Positions 20,191-29,709 of a stretch of DNA of 64,000 nt are shown in pieces; position 1 is the first letter of the stretch; each line of letters starts with the position of its first letter. The notes below the pieces were generated by a model, which saw only the letters and a list, made by a program, of their open reading frames with translations, did not search any database and was not told the origin of the DNA. The translations under genes were made by a program, and so were the position numbers. This DNA is from Actinomycetota bacterium (GTDB taxonomy: Bacteria > Actinomycetota > Acidimicrobiia > Acidimicrobiales > Ilumatobacteraceae), in assembly GCA_009726095.1 (NCBI GenBank), contig WLMZ01000001.1, positions 270-64,269 on the forward strand. The letters run 5' to 3'.

Positions 20191-20607
20191 ATGCTGTTGA
20201 CCGAGATCGACCACGTTGCCATTGCCGTCCGCGACCTCGAAGCGGCCATCGACTACTACCGGCGAGCATTCGGCGCCGAGGTCGAGCACCGCGAGATCGT
20301 CGAGAGCGACGGCGTAGAAGAAGCGCTCTTGAAAGTGGCCGAAAGCTACATCCAGTTGCTCACGCCCACACGCGACGACTCACCGGTAGCCAAGGCCATC
20401 GACAAGCGCGGTGAAGGCCTGCACCACATCGGGTACCGGGTCGATGATTGCGCGGCCGCGTTGGCCGCGATGATCGCCGCCGGGGCAACACCCATCGATC
20501 AGGCTCCCCGACCCGGAAGCCGCAACACCACCGTGGCGTTCATCCACCCCAAGGGCAGTTTCGGCACGCTCATCGAGCTCGTCCAGGAACCGGCCGCCGG
20601 TCACTGA
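20191..20607 (+). CDS. methylmalonyl/ethylmalonyl-CoA epimerase (VOC family)
   Basis: IDHVAIAVRDLEAAIDYY...GEGLHHIGYRVDD...AFIHPKGSFGTLIELVQ. Confidence 0.85.
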   Translation: MLLTEIDHVAIAVRDLEAAIDYYRRAFGAEVEHREIVESDGVEEALLKVAESYIQLLTPTRDDSPVAKAIDKRGEGLHHIGYRVDDCAAALAAMIAAGATPIDQAPRPGSRNTTVAFIHPKGSFGTLIELVQEPAAGH

Positions 20608-20625
20608 GCGCGCCTCCAGAACCGG

Positions 20626-21822
20626 TCACTCGGCCTCGAGTACCAGGCCCTTCAGGTAGGCCGCCTCGGGGAACGACAGCGGCACCGGATGATCGCCGGG
20701 CTGATCCAGTCGGCCGATGATGCGCAGGTTGCGCCGTGCGTCCAACGCCGCGCCGGCGACCACCTTCTGGAACAGATCGGGGCTCATTCCCCCGCTGCAC
20801 GAGAACGTCATCAGGATGCCTCCCGGCGCCAGCAGTTTGGCTGCCAGCAAGTTGAGGTCCTTGTAGGCGCGGGCGGCGCGATCCACCTGCGCCTCGGTCT
20901 GGGCGAGCTTGGGTGGATCGAGCAGGATCAGGTCGTAGCTGCGCGCACGATCGCGCAACGTGCGCAGCTCGGCAAACGCATCACCCTCGATCTGCTCGCC
21001 AACCTCCACATCGTTGATCTCGGCGTTACGCCGGGCGCCGACGAGTGCCGGCCCCGACGAATCGAGGCTCGTCACCGAGGCGGCGCCGTTGGCAGCCGCG
21101 ATCACACTGAACGCGCCGGTGTACGAGAACGCGTTGAGCACCCGCCGCCCCGCCGCCACCCGCGCGATCGCGGCGCGGGCGTGGCGCTGGTCGAGATAGA
21201 AGCCCGTCTTCTGGCCCTCGGTGAAACCGACGGCAAATCGGTAGGCGCGGCCATCGATGCGTTCGCCGATGATGGTCTCCGCCGGCGGGGTATCGCCACG
21301 CAGCACACCCGTACGCGCCGAGAGGCCCTCGCGTTCGCGGGCATCGATGTCGGAGCGCTCGTACACGCAGCCGACCCCTTCGATGGACATCAGCGCATCG
21401 GCCACGACATCGCGCCATCGTTCGGCGCCCGCAGAACCGAGCTGCACAACCACGAACTCGCCGTATCGGTCAGCGATGACCCCGGGAACGCCGTCGGCCT
21501 CGCTGAAGACCAACCGCACCGAGTCGCTGTCGGCATACATCCGCTGGCGGCGTTGCGCTGATTCGACCACGCGTCGGGCAACGAAGAGCTCGTCGATCAC
21601 GGTGTCGGGATCGAAGGTCCACATCCGCACGCGCAGCTGCGAGTCCGGCGAATAGGCGCCAGCACCGAGCGCTTCGCCCTGGGCCGACACGACGCGGACC
21701 GTGTCGCCCGGGCCCGGATTGCCGCGTACCTCCGCCACACCACCACTGAAGATCCACGGGTGCCAGCGCCGAACGGACTTGTCGCGCCCGGGGCGCAGCA
21801 CCACGGTTGGTTCCATGGGCAC
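20626..21822 (-). CDS. class I SAM-dependent rRNA methyltransferase, RlmI-like (PUA + MTase)
   Basis: RWHPWIFSGGV (PUA-like N-terminus) and VLNAFSYTGAFSV...DLILLDPP (MTase motifs). Confidence 0.8.
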   Translation of the reverse strand: MPMEPTVVLRPGRDKSVRRWHPWIFSGGVAEVRGNPGPGDTVRVVSAQGEALGAGAYSPDSQLRVRMWTFDPDTVIDELFVARRVVESAQRRQRMYADSDSVRLVFSEADGVPGVIADRYGEFVVVQLGSAGAERWRDVVADALMSIEGVGCVYERSDIDAREREGLSARTGVLRGDTPPAETIIGERIDGRAYRFAVGFTEGQKTGFYLDQRHARAAIARVAAGRRVLNAFSYTGAFSVIAAANGAASVTSLDSSGPALVGARRNAEINDVEVGEQIEGDAFAELRTLRDRARSYDLILLDPPKLAQTEAQVDRAARAYKDLNLLAAKLLAPGGILMTFSCSGGMSPDLFQKVVAGAALDARRNLRIIGRLDQPGDHPVPLSFPEAAYLKGLVLEAE

Positions 21823-21867
21823 TGAGGGTACGCGTCATGCGCGAGGAACCACCGATCCACCTCCCGA

Positions 21868-21908
21868 CTACCGGCTACGGCTACCGGCTACCGGCTACCG
21901 GCTACCGA
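21868..21908. repeat. heptanucleotide microsatellite (CTACCGG)n, about 6 units (one unit 6 nt, last unit CTACCGA)
   Basis: Read directly. It lies in the divergent intergenic region, 46 nt from the rlmI-like start and 173 nt upstream of the pilA ATG. Confidence 0.9.
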
Positions 21909-22080
21909 CTCAGGGAGCTCGCCCACCCGGGGTCTGCGCCATGCCACAAAAGATTTGCAGAACTTTTCAGAAGATTTCTCAAGGTTCACCGACAACTGCC
22001 GAAACCTACTCTGCACCGGGTTGGCAAGGATTGCTCCGGTGGGTTCGTGGACAGAACAATTGCGGGAGGAACGCACCATC

Positions 22081-22446
22081 ATGGAAAACCACAACGAAGC
22101 AACAAAGACCAACAAGCACGACAAGGGCTTCACCCTCGTCGAACTGCTGATCGTGATCGTGATTCTGGGCATCTTGGCCACCGTGACGGTGTTCGCTGTG
22201 CGAGGCATCACCGACAAGGGCCAGACCAGTGCCTGTGCAGCCGACAAAAAGACGATGGAAGTCGCCGTCGAGTCGTACTTCGCTCAGAACGGTGGCACGA
22301 CCATCCCGACCGCCACCCCGGCAACGGCAACCGTGGGCACCACTGCCTCGGAGACGCTCAAGCTCGCAGGCTTCCTGCGTGACGTCTCGGACAAGTACAC
22401 CGCCAACGCAAACGGCAGCCTGACCGCCGTTCTACCTTGCACCTGA
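22081..22446 (+). CDS. pilA: type IV pilin (prepilin-type N-terminal cleavage/methylation domain)
   Basis: MENHNEATKTNKHDKG|FTLVELLIVIVILGILA is a class III signal peptide. SD GGGAGGA precedes the ATG. 121 aa. Confidence 0.9.
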   Translation: MENHNEATKTNKHDKGFTLVELLIVIVILGILATVTVFAVRGITDKGQTSACAADKKTMEVAVESYFAQNGGTTIPTATPATATVGTTASETLKLAGFLRDVSDKYTANANGSLTAVLPCT

Positions 22447-22470
22447 TCCCCTGAGAGCAAGCAACACAAC

Positions 22471-22502
22471 GAACGAGCCGGGCCCTCGGGCCCGGCTCGT
22501 TC
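22471..22502. terminator. bidirectional terminator hairpin between pilA and the convergent oxidoreductase gene
   Basis: Perfect 14-bp stem GAACGAGCCGGGCC / GGCCCGGCTCGTTC with a 4-nt loop. Confidence 0.7.
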
Positions 22503-22527
22503 GCGTTTCCCAGCGCAGCGGGCTGTG

Positions 22528-23844
22528 CTAGCCCAGGACGCTGTTGGTGGTGTTGTGCAACGGTCGGGTGCGCGAGAAATGGCCGAGGTTGATCACATTC
22601 CCGGTGATCGGACACATCACAGACACGGGATCAGCGTCGTGGTCGCGGCCCGCTTCACACGCAGTGATGATGTCGGCCATGATCGGACCCACCATGGGGG
22701 CATTCTTGAACTGATTGCCGCTCGTGCCGATGGCCAGATACAGACCATCGAGGTCGCTGCGATCGTAGATGGGCACCCAGTCGCTGGATACGTCGTAGAG
22801 GGCGGCGATGCCAGTGGGACGCACCGGCACGCCGATGTCGGGCAGGCGACGGGCGACACGCGTGGTCTGGGCCTCCCACACCTCGGCCGTGGGCATGTCG
22901 TTGAACTGGTCGGCGTCGTCGATCCATTCGAGCGTGTCGCATTCGGGCTCGACCCCTCCGGTGATGATCGTCCCGCCGAGGTGCGGCCGGAAGTAGGTGC
23001 CCAGATCGGAGTCGGTGACCATGACCCCACCATCGTCGATCGTGAAACCCTGCGGTGCGGGGAGCACATCGACCTCCTGACGAAGCGCCCTCGTGGTGAT
23101 CCTCCGATCCGCAGCCAGGCCGGCCATCGCATTCACCTTCGACGAATGCGGGCCTGCTGCGTTCACCACGATTGGACACGCCACGAGCTCGCCCGTGGAC
23201 AACCGCACGCCGGTGACCCGGGCATCAAAGCGGTTGATGCCGACCACCTCGGTGTGGAAAAGGAACGTGGCGCCGGCCGCCGTTGCCGCCACCATCAAGT
23301 TGTGCGCTGCCAGCGCCGGGTCATCCACGAAGCCGGCATCGGGATTGAGGTAGGCGATCAGCTCGCCGTGGTTGTCCTCCCAGAACGCGTCATCGGCGAC
23401 CGGCTTGGGCGGGTAGTACCGGCCAAGGTCCAGGCTGGGGTAGCGCTCGTGCAGATCCGCTGTGCTCAGTGCCTCATACGGCACACCGACATCATCGAAC
23501 AACTGCTGCACCTTGCGCAGCGGCGTGGCCGGCGAGTCGAGCACCAGCAGTCCAGTACGCACGAACCGGGCCATGCCCAAGTCGTCGGTCACCCCGAGCA
23601 CCTCGGCCCATCGCGACCACATGTGCGCCGACTCCCATGCCAGCTTCACCGAATCGGGAGTGGAGTAGTTGAACCGGATGATCGCCGACGACGCGCTGGT
23701 CGAGCCTGCACCAGGCCCCGGGCCCTTGTCGAGCACCAGCGGAACATACCCACGCCGAGCCAGCTCGAAGGCGATGGAGCAGCCCATGATGCCCCCACCG
23801 ATGATGACGACGCCGCAGGCCGGAATCTGGGCAGATGAGCTCAT
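22528..23844 (-). CDS. FAD-dependent oxidoreductase (DAO / sarcosine oxidase beta-like)
   Basis: VVIIGGGIMGCSIAFELARRG is a dinucleotide-binding motif. About 438 aa from ATG 23844. Confidence 0.8.
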   Translation of the reverse strand: MSSSAQIPACGVVIIGGGIMGCSIAFELARRGYVPLVLDKGPGPGAGSTSASSAIIRFNYSTPDSVKLAWESAHMWSRWAEVLGVTDDLGMARFVRTGLLVLDSPATPLRKVQQLFDDVGVPYEALSTADLHERYPSLDLGRYYPPKPVADDAFWEDNHGELIAYLNPDAGFVDDPALAAHNLMVAATAAGATFLFHTEVVGINRFDARVTGVRLSTGELVACPIVVNAAGPHSSKVNAMAGLAADRRITTRALRQEVDVLPAPQGFTIDDGGVMVTDSDLGTYFRPHLGGTIITGGVEPECDTLEWIDDADQFNDMPTAEVWEAQTTRVARRLPDIGVPVRPTGIAALYDVSSDWVPIYDRSDLDGLYLAIGTSGNQFKNAPMVGPIMADIITACEAGRDHDADPVSVMCPITGNVINLGHFSRTRPLHNTTNSVLG

Positions 23845-23926
23845 GCACGCATTCTGAGCGTGCCCAGATGACCCCACATAGAGTCGTAAGACCCGAGATG
23901 GGCTCTGCTGGAGCGGCGCGAACGCG

Positions 23927-24646
23927 TCAGCGAACCAGTTCCATCCGTAACCCGTTGGCATCCCACGTCGGGTCGAGCGGCAAGCGGTTGATCGCTCGGC
24001 CCATTGCGCGGCGGGCGGTCCACAGCAGCGCCGCTGCCTGGATGACATGCACCTGACCGGCACCGGGTGGCGGCGGGGCGAGGATCACGTCCTCGATGCC
24101 GGGGAGTTTGTCTCGGATGAGCTTCATCCGTTCGATCACACCGTCTTGGTGGTACGGCGACGTCGTCAGCGGCCTGTCCTCGTTCAACAGGTAGAAGGCA
24201 AGGTCTGGATGCGACGAGAAGAAGCTGCGCTGATGAAACGGCTGGAAGGTCTGCTCTGCCTCGCGCAACCAGCGGAAGCGCCGGAAATCATCGGTGGTGA
24301 GCCACGGCTCGAGCTCGCGCGCCTTGGCCTTGCTGGTGGCGTGCAGCGCAGCGCGGCAAGGAATGGGGCGCACGCCCACCATGCGCGGCCAGCCGATCAG
24401 TTCGCGGGCATCACGATCGCAGTCGCGGTACTGACCCATCGGCTCGTCGTTGAACGCGAGCGGGATGTTGATGGCGGCCGCGTCGAACGAGGGGCGGAAG
24501 TCGACGACGTCCTGCAGGCTCCGCACGACCATTGCCTCCTCGACCACCACCGTGACACCAGCCAGGCGAGCGGGCACGAGAAGCCAACCGGCCGGGCACG
24601 GCGTGATGCCAACGAGCAGTTTGTATGGAAGTCCGCGTGCGGCCAT
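23927..24646 (-). CDS. DUF429-like protein (predicted RNase H-fold)
   Basis: The layout LVGITPCPAGW...AAAINIPL...YRDCDRDAREL resembles DUF429. Assignment is by eye only. Confidence 0.45.
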   Translation of the reverse strand: MAARGLPYKLLVGITPCPAGWLLVPARLAGVTVVVEEAMVVRSLQDVVDFRPSFDAAAINIPLAFNDEPMGQYRDCDRDARELIGWPRMVGVRPIPCRAALHATSKAKARELEPWLTTDDFRRFRWLREAEQTFQPFHQRSFFSSHPDLAFYLLNEDRPLTTSPYHQDGVIERMKLIRDKLPGIEDVILAPPPPGAGQVHVIQAAALLWTARRAMGRAINRLPLDPTWDANGLRMELVR

Positions 24647-24676
24647 GGCTCATCTCCTCGCTTCTGCAACGTACAT

Positions 24677-25837
24677 TCAGCGCGACCCGGCGGGCACGGA
24701 CTCGGCATTACCGGTGGATGCGGCCTGACCGGACGCCACCGTATTCTGGGCCAGCGCCGCAGCGCGTACGGTGTTTGCGTGCGCCATGATCTCCTTGGGG
24801 TAGGCGCTAATCTCGCACGCAGCCTCCATGGTGATCAGGCCGGAGGCCACCAGACGGGCCAGATCCATCTCGAGGGTCTGCATGCCCTCGCGCTGGCCCG
24901 TGGAAATCACGTTGCGCAGTTGACGGCTCTTGCCTTCGCGCACCAGGTTACGAACAGCCTCTGTACCCAACAGCACCTCATAGGCAGCCACGCGTCCCCC
25001 ACCCTCGACCGGGAGCAGACGCTGGCTGATGACACCCTGCAGCGCGCTGGCCAACTGGATCTGGATCTGGTCGCGGCGCTCGGCGGGGAACACGTCGACG
25101 ATTCTGTCGAGCGCCTGCGAGGCGTCGTTGGTGTGCAGCGTGGCAAACACGAGGTGGCCGGTCTCGGCCAACGACAACGTGATCGAAATGCTGTCAAGGT
25201 CGCGCATTTCGCCGAGCAGGATGACATCGGGGTCCTCGCGCAGTGCGCTGCGCAGGCCATCGGTGAAGCTGTTCACATCGGAGCCAACCTCGCGCTGGTT
25301 CACGAGCGCCATCTTGTGGGTGTGCACATACTCGACAGGGTCTTCGATGGTCAGGATGTGGCAGGGCCGTTCCTGGTTGATGCGATCGATCATCGCAGCC
25401 AAGGTGGTGCTCTTGCCCGAACCGGTGGGACCCACCACGAGCACCAATCCGTACGGCTTGTTCAGTAGCTCTGTGGCCGCCCGTGGAGCGCCGAGTTCTT
25501 CGAGCGAACGAACGCGGAACGGAACGACGCGCAGGGCCAGCGACAGGTGGCCGCGCTGACGAAAGGCGTTGGCTCGGAAGCGCCCGATGTCGCGCATTCC
25601 GAAGGAGAAGTCGACCTGGCTGTTGTCGTGCAGTTCCTCACGCTTGCGATCATCGAGCAAGGACATGACGATCCGCTCGATCGTCTCCGGTTCGAGCACC
25701 TCGACACCCTCGAAGGTGACCAGGACTCCATCACGGCGAGCCGTGGCCGGACGGCCCACGCTGAGGTGCAGGTCGCTGGCGCCGGCAGCGACCGTTGCCT
25801 GGAGCAATGTGACAAGCGCGGGGTCTGGCTGAATCAT
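24677..25837 (-). CDS. pilT: type IV pilus retraction ATPase PilT
   Basis: ASDLHL, Walker A GPTGSGKSTT, ILTIEDPVEY, ILLGEMRD, TGHLVFATLHTN. GGAGG lies 8 nt before ATG 25837. Confidence 0.9.
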   Translation of the reverse strand: MIQPDPALVTLLQATVAAGASDLHLSVGRPATARRDGVLVTFEGVEVLEPETIERIVMSLLDDRKREELHDNSQVDFSFGMRDIGRFRANAFRQRGHLSLALRVVPFRVRSLEELGAPRAATELLNKPYGLVLVVGPTGSGKSTTLAAMIDRINQERPCHILTIEDPVEYVHTHKMALVNQREVGSDVNSFTDGLRSALREDPDVILLGEMRDLDSISITLSLAETGHLVFATLHTNDASQALDRIVDVFPAERRDQIQIQLASALQGVISQRLLPVEGGGRVAAYEVLLGTEAVRNLVREGKSRQLRNVISTGQREGMQTLEMDLARLVASGLITMEAACEISAYPKEIMAHANTVRAAALAQNTVASGQAASTGNAESVPAGSR

Positions 25838-25887
25838 CTGACTAACCTCCGTTGGGGAGCCGCCCACCGCGGCGATGCGAAGGACTC

Positions 25888-26652
25888 ATGGTTATTACAT
25901 TTACGGCCGTCTACGGATTGCTGATCGGTTCGTTCCTGACCGTGGTCGTGGACCGCGTGCCACGGGGAAAGTCTATTGTCGCACCTGGATCGGCCTGCGG
26001 CGCGTGTGGGCTCCAATTGGGGCCACTCGATCTCGTGCCGGTACTCAGTTGGCTGGCACTGCGCGGTAAGTGCCGCCGCTGCAGGGCCCCGATCGGCATC
26101 GAGCCGCTCGTACTCGAACTCGCCACATCGGGGCTGTTCGTGGCCATCGAGGTGAAGTTCGGTCTCTCCTGGGAGCTCGGCGCTTACTGCGCACTTGCGG
26201 CCGGACTCGTGGCGCTGAGCTGGATCGACCTCAAGACCAAGCGCTTGCCACGCGAGATCATCTATGTCACGGCTGCGATCGGTGTGCCGTTGCTGTGTGT
26301 TGCGGCTCTGGTGACCCACGAACCGAAGCGGATCTGGATGCTGCTGCTCGGCGCGAGCATTGCGCTGGCCTTCATGGCTGGCGTGTATCTGCTCAGTCGT
26401 GGCGGCATGGGCGATGGCGACGTGCGTCTGTCTCCCCTGCTCGGCGCCTACCTCGGGTGGTTGAACCCGGGCTTCGTGGCCGTCGGGCTGTTCCTCGGGT
26501 TCCTGTTCGGTGCGGTGGTCGGCGTTGTCATGATGATCATGGGTCGTGCCGGTCGCAAGACAGCGGTGCCCTTCGGCCCGTTCCTGGCCGCTGGCACCAT
26601 GGCTGCCATCTGGGTTGGCCAACCCGCGATCGACCTGATCCTGCATCGCTGA
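25888..26652 (+). CDS. pilD: prepilin peptidase (A24 family)
   Basis: A CxxC...CxxC N-terminal region. The catalytic Asp contexts WIDLKTKRLP and GMGDGDVRL are present. Start is ATG 25888 or TTG 25852. Confidence 0.9.
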   Translation: MVITFTAVYGLLIGSFLTVVVDRVPRGKSIVAPGSACGACGLQLGPLDLVPVLSWLALRGKCRRCRAPIGIEPLVLELATSGLFVAIEVKFGLSWELGAYCALAAGLVALSWIDLKTKRLPREIIYVTAAIGVPLLCVAALVTHEPKRIWMLLLGASIALAFMAGVYLLSRGGMGDGDVRLSPLLGAYLGWLNPGFVAVGLFLGFLFGAVVGVVMMIMGRAGRKTAVPFGPFLAAGTMAAIWVGQPAIDLILHR

Positions 26653-26664
26653 TCCCCCGCCCGC

Positions 26665-27876
26665 TCAGATCGACTTCTTGGTGCTGTCGAGCACGCCGTA
26701 CATAGCCGACACCAGCGCCACCGCGACGAAACCCACGAGCAGACCCACGAAGATGATCATGATCGGCTCGAACATCGTGGTGAACTTCTTGATTCGGCTC
26801 TCCAGTTCGCGGTCGAAGTACAGGCTGGCGACCTCGAGCTGATCGTCGAGCGTTCCGGTCTCCTCGCCCACCTTGAACATCTGCTTGGCCGCACCGGGGA
26901 ACAACCCGGTGTCTGCGAGGGGACGGGCAAAGCCTCCACCCTCGAGCATGATCGCCTGCGCCTCTTCGAGCCGGGCCCGATACACGGTGTTGCTCGTTGC
27001 CTCGGTGGTGGTCTTCAGCCCCTCGGGAAGCGGCACGCCCGCCCGGATCATCGCGCCGAGAATGCGGCAGAATCGTTCGAGGATCGCGTAGTCGATGATG
27101 CCCTTGACCACCGGGATCTTGAGCACCAGCTTGTCCTTGGCCAGGCGTCCCCGGGGGGTCTTGGTCAGCCACAGGAACGTCGAGAGCACAATCATCAAGA
27201 ACGTGAACGGGATGTACCACATCGTGGTGAACAGCGATGCGCAGAACAGCAACGCTCTGGTGGGCAGCGGCAGGTCGGCGTGCAGTTCTTCGAACAGTGG
27301 TTTGAACTTGGGCAGCACATAGCCCGCAAGGATCGCCACGGTGAAGACAGCAAGCACCATGACGACCATCGGATACGACAGTGCAGACACCACCTTCGAG
27401 CGGGTCTCGACCTCGCGCTCGAGGTAGCCACCCAGGCTGTCGAGCGTCTCATCGAGCCGGCCGGTGAGCTCCGCCGACTCGAGAATGCCCATGTAGTAGG
27501 GCGGGAAGCACTCTGGGTGCATCCGTGCTGCAGCGGCCAACGTGCCGCCGTTGCGCAACCGCTCGACCATGCTGTTGAGCGTGCGGCGAAGAGCCACATC
27601 CTCGGTCTCGTCGCCGATGGTCTCGAGCGCCTCGGTGATGGGGATGCCGGCCTTGACGAACACGGCCAGCTGACGCGTGAAGTGCATCAGCTCCTTCTTC
27701 TTCACCTTCTCCTTGGTGAGCTCGAAGCTCAACGAGCCGCGGTGCTCCTCGAGCTTGGTGGGGAACAGGTTCTGGCCCATCAAGATCTGGCGTGCGTCGC
27801 CGATCGTGTCGGCTTTGGTGATTCCTTCAACCGCACTCCCGGTCTGGTCGATTGCGGCATAGGCGAACTTGGGCAT
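26665..27876 (-). CDS. pilC: type IV pilus platform protein PilC (GspF family)
   Basis: 403 aa from MPKFAYAAIDQTGS. Two GspF repeats with three TM segments. Confidence 0.9.
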   Translation of the reverse strand: MPKFAYAAIDQTGSAVEGITKADTIGDARQILMGQNLFPTKLEEHRGSLSFELTKEKVKKKELMHFTRQLAVFVKAGIPITEALETIGDETEDVALRRTLNSMVERLRNGGTLAAAARMHPECFPPYYMGILESAELTGRLDETLDSLGGYLEREVETRSKVVSALSYPMVVMVLAVFTVAILAGYVLPKFKPLFEELHADLPLPTRALLFCASLFTTMWYIPFTFLMIVLSTFLWLTKTPRGRLAKDKLVLKIPVVKGIIDYAILERFCRILGAMIRAGVPLPEGLKTTTEATSNTVYRARLEEAQAIMLEGGGFARPLADTGLFPGAAKQMFKVGEETGTLDDQLEVASLYFDRELESRIKKFTTMFEPIMIIFVGLLVGFVAVALVSAMYGVLDSTKKSI

Positions 27877-27887
27877 TGGTGGGTCTC

Positions 27888-29660
27888 CTAGTTGGCAAAC
27901 AGGGTGCGGACGACTTCGGGGATGGTGGTGACGTCGGACTCGACGAGCGTCATTGCCTCGCGCAACATGGTGCGCATTCCTTGGGCAACTGCGAGGCGGC
28001 GGAGTTCCTCGGTGGTGGCCCAGCCGACGATCAGACGCCGGAGCTCGGGGGTGATCCGCAAGAGCTCGTACACACCGATGCGGTCGCGGTAGCCGGTGCC
28101 GGCGCAGTAGTTGCAGCCGGCGCCATGGAAGAACTGTGTCTTGTCGCTGCCACCACTGTGCTGGCGAAAGACCGCCACCTCGTCTGCGCCCGGGGTGTAG
28201 GGCTCCTTGCACGAGTCACAGATCCGCCGCAGCAGACGCTGGCCGATGACGCCCACCACCGACGAGGCGATGAGGAAGGCCTCAATGCCCATGTCGAGGA
28301 AACGGTGCAGAGCAGCGACGCTGTCGGTGCCGTGCAGCGAGCTGAGCACGAAGTGACCGGTGAGCGCGCTCTGGATGGCGATTCGGGCCGTGTCGGCATC
28401 GCGGATCTCACCCACCAGAATCACATCGGGGTCCTGGCGCAGGATGGCCTTGAGACCCGTGGCAAAGGTGAGACCGGCCTGATCGTTGGTCTGGATCTGG
28501 TTGATGCCGGGGAACACGTACTCGACCGGGTCCTCGACCGTGGTCACGTTCTTGCCGCTCGAGTTGATCTCCTGCAGCGTGGCGTACAGCGTGGTGGTCT
28601 TGCCCGCACCCGTTGGCCCAGCGCAGATGACCATGCCGAACGGGGCATGCACCATCTTGGAATACTGCGCATAGGTGTCACGGGGAAAGCCGAGCTCGTG
28701 CAGACCGATCATCGACCGGTTCTTGTCGAGGATTCGCATGACGACCTTCTCGCCGAACACGGTGGCCACGCTGGCCACGCGAACGTCGACGTCCCTGCCA
28801 TCGATCGAGGTCGAGAACTGCCCGTCCTGAGGACGGCGACGCTCGACGATGTTCATCCCGCTCATGATCTTCAAGCGGCTGATGAGCGCACCGTGCACGC
28901 CGATCGGCAGGCTGAAGACCTCGACCAGGTTGCCGTCGATACGGAACCGGATGCGCAGGCTCTCGTCGAGCGGTTCCACATGGATATCGCTGGCGCGATC
29001 GCGCATGGCCTGGCCGACGATGCGGTTCACCAACTGGATGACCGGCGCCTGATCGTCGAGATTGACCTCGGCCGCCAGCGTCATCATGCGCTGCTGATCA
29101 TCGGGGATGTCGAACGCCTTGACCAGCCGGTCGACATCGGCGTCGGCACGCAACGTCGTATCGATGAAGGTGCGCACTGTGGCCGGGTCACCGACGAACC
29201 AGCGCAGCGGGTGGGTGGTTTCTTTCTCAACCGCAGCGCGGCGGTAGGGAGAGGGGTCTGCAGACAGCACCACGATGGTGTCGCCGTCGAGCGCCACGGG
29301 AATCACCTGATGGGCCCGGATCACGGCCTCGGGGAGCATGTTGATGATCTCGACGTCGAGCTCGACTCCCTTCGTGTCGGCAGCAGGGAGGCCGAGCACC
29401 TTGGCAACGGCCAACGCGATCTCTTGACGACCACAGGAGAAGCGGCTCAATGCCGTCTCGGCGAACTGCAAGAGGTTGCCGTTCGCGATCTGCAGGGCGG
29501 AGGCGAGATGCTCGGCGGTGAGCTGTCCACTCTCGACCAGGATCTGGCCGACCTGCAGGCACTCGGCAGCGCTCTCACCCATCGTCGGGGCTGCACCAGC
29601 AACGGGCTCGCTGGTTGCAACCGTGGCCGCTTCTTTGGGGGGTTTCGTGAAAAGGGCCAT
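27888..29660 (-). CDS. pilB: type IV pilus assembly ATPase PilB (GspE family)
   Basis: T2SSE N-domain, Walker A GPTGAGKTTT, VEDPVEY, ILVGEIRD, and a tetracysteine motif (CDSC...CNYC). Confidence 0.95.
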   Translation of the reverse strand: MALFTKPPKEAATVATSEPVAGAAPTMGESAAECLQVGQILVESGQLTAEHLASALQIANGNLLQFAETALSRFSCGRQEIALAVAKVLGLPAADTKGVELDVEIINMLPEAVIRAHQVIPVALDGDTIVVLSADPSPYRRAAVEKETTHPLRWFVGDPATVRTFIDTTLRADADVDRLVKAFDIPDDQQRMMTLAAEVNLDDQAPVIQLVNRIVGQAMRDRASDIHVEPLDESLRIRFRIDGNLVEVFSLPIGVHGALISRLKIMSGMNIVERRRPQDGQFSTSIDGRDVDVRVASVATVFGEKVVMRILDKNRSMIGLHELGFPRDTYAQYSKMVHAPFGMVICAGPTGAGKTTTLYATLQEINSSGKNVTTVEDPVEYVFPGINQIQTNDQAGLTFATGLKAILRQDPDVILVGEIRDADTARIAIQSALTGHFVLSSLHGTDSVAALHRFLDMGIEAFLIASSVVGVIGQRLLRRICDSCKEPYTPGADEVAVFRQHSGGSDKTQFFHGAGCNYCAGTGYRDRIGVYELLRITPELRRLIVGWATTEELRRLAVAQGMRTMLREAMTLVESDVTTIPEVVRTLFAN

Positions 29661-29709
29661 CAGGTGTTCTCCGCGATCGGTTCTGCGTCAAGGATTGAGA
29701 TGAGTCGGG

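Noticed and set aside
22022-22034. Sigma-54-like element TGGCAAGGATTGC upstream of pilA
   Set aside because: The GG-to-GC spacing is 2 nt shorter than the canonical TGGCAC-N5-TTGC. Actinobacteria generally lack RpoN. No enhancer-binding protein gene is present.
29484-29555. MshEN-type c-di-GMP-binding motif in the PilB N-terminal domain (QVGQILVESGQLTAEHLASALQIA)
   Set aside because: It follows the general T2SSE_N spacing, but the key Arg (RLG) is Gln, one hydrophobic position is Gln, and the terminal Gln is Ala. That is not enough to claim c-di-GMP binding.
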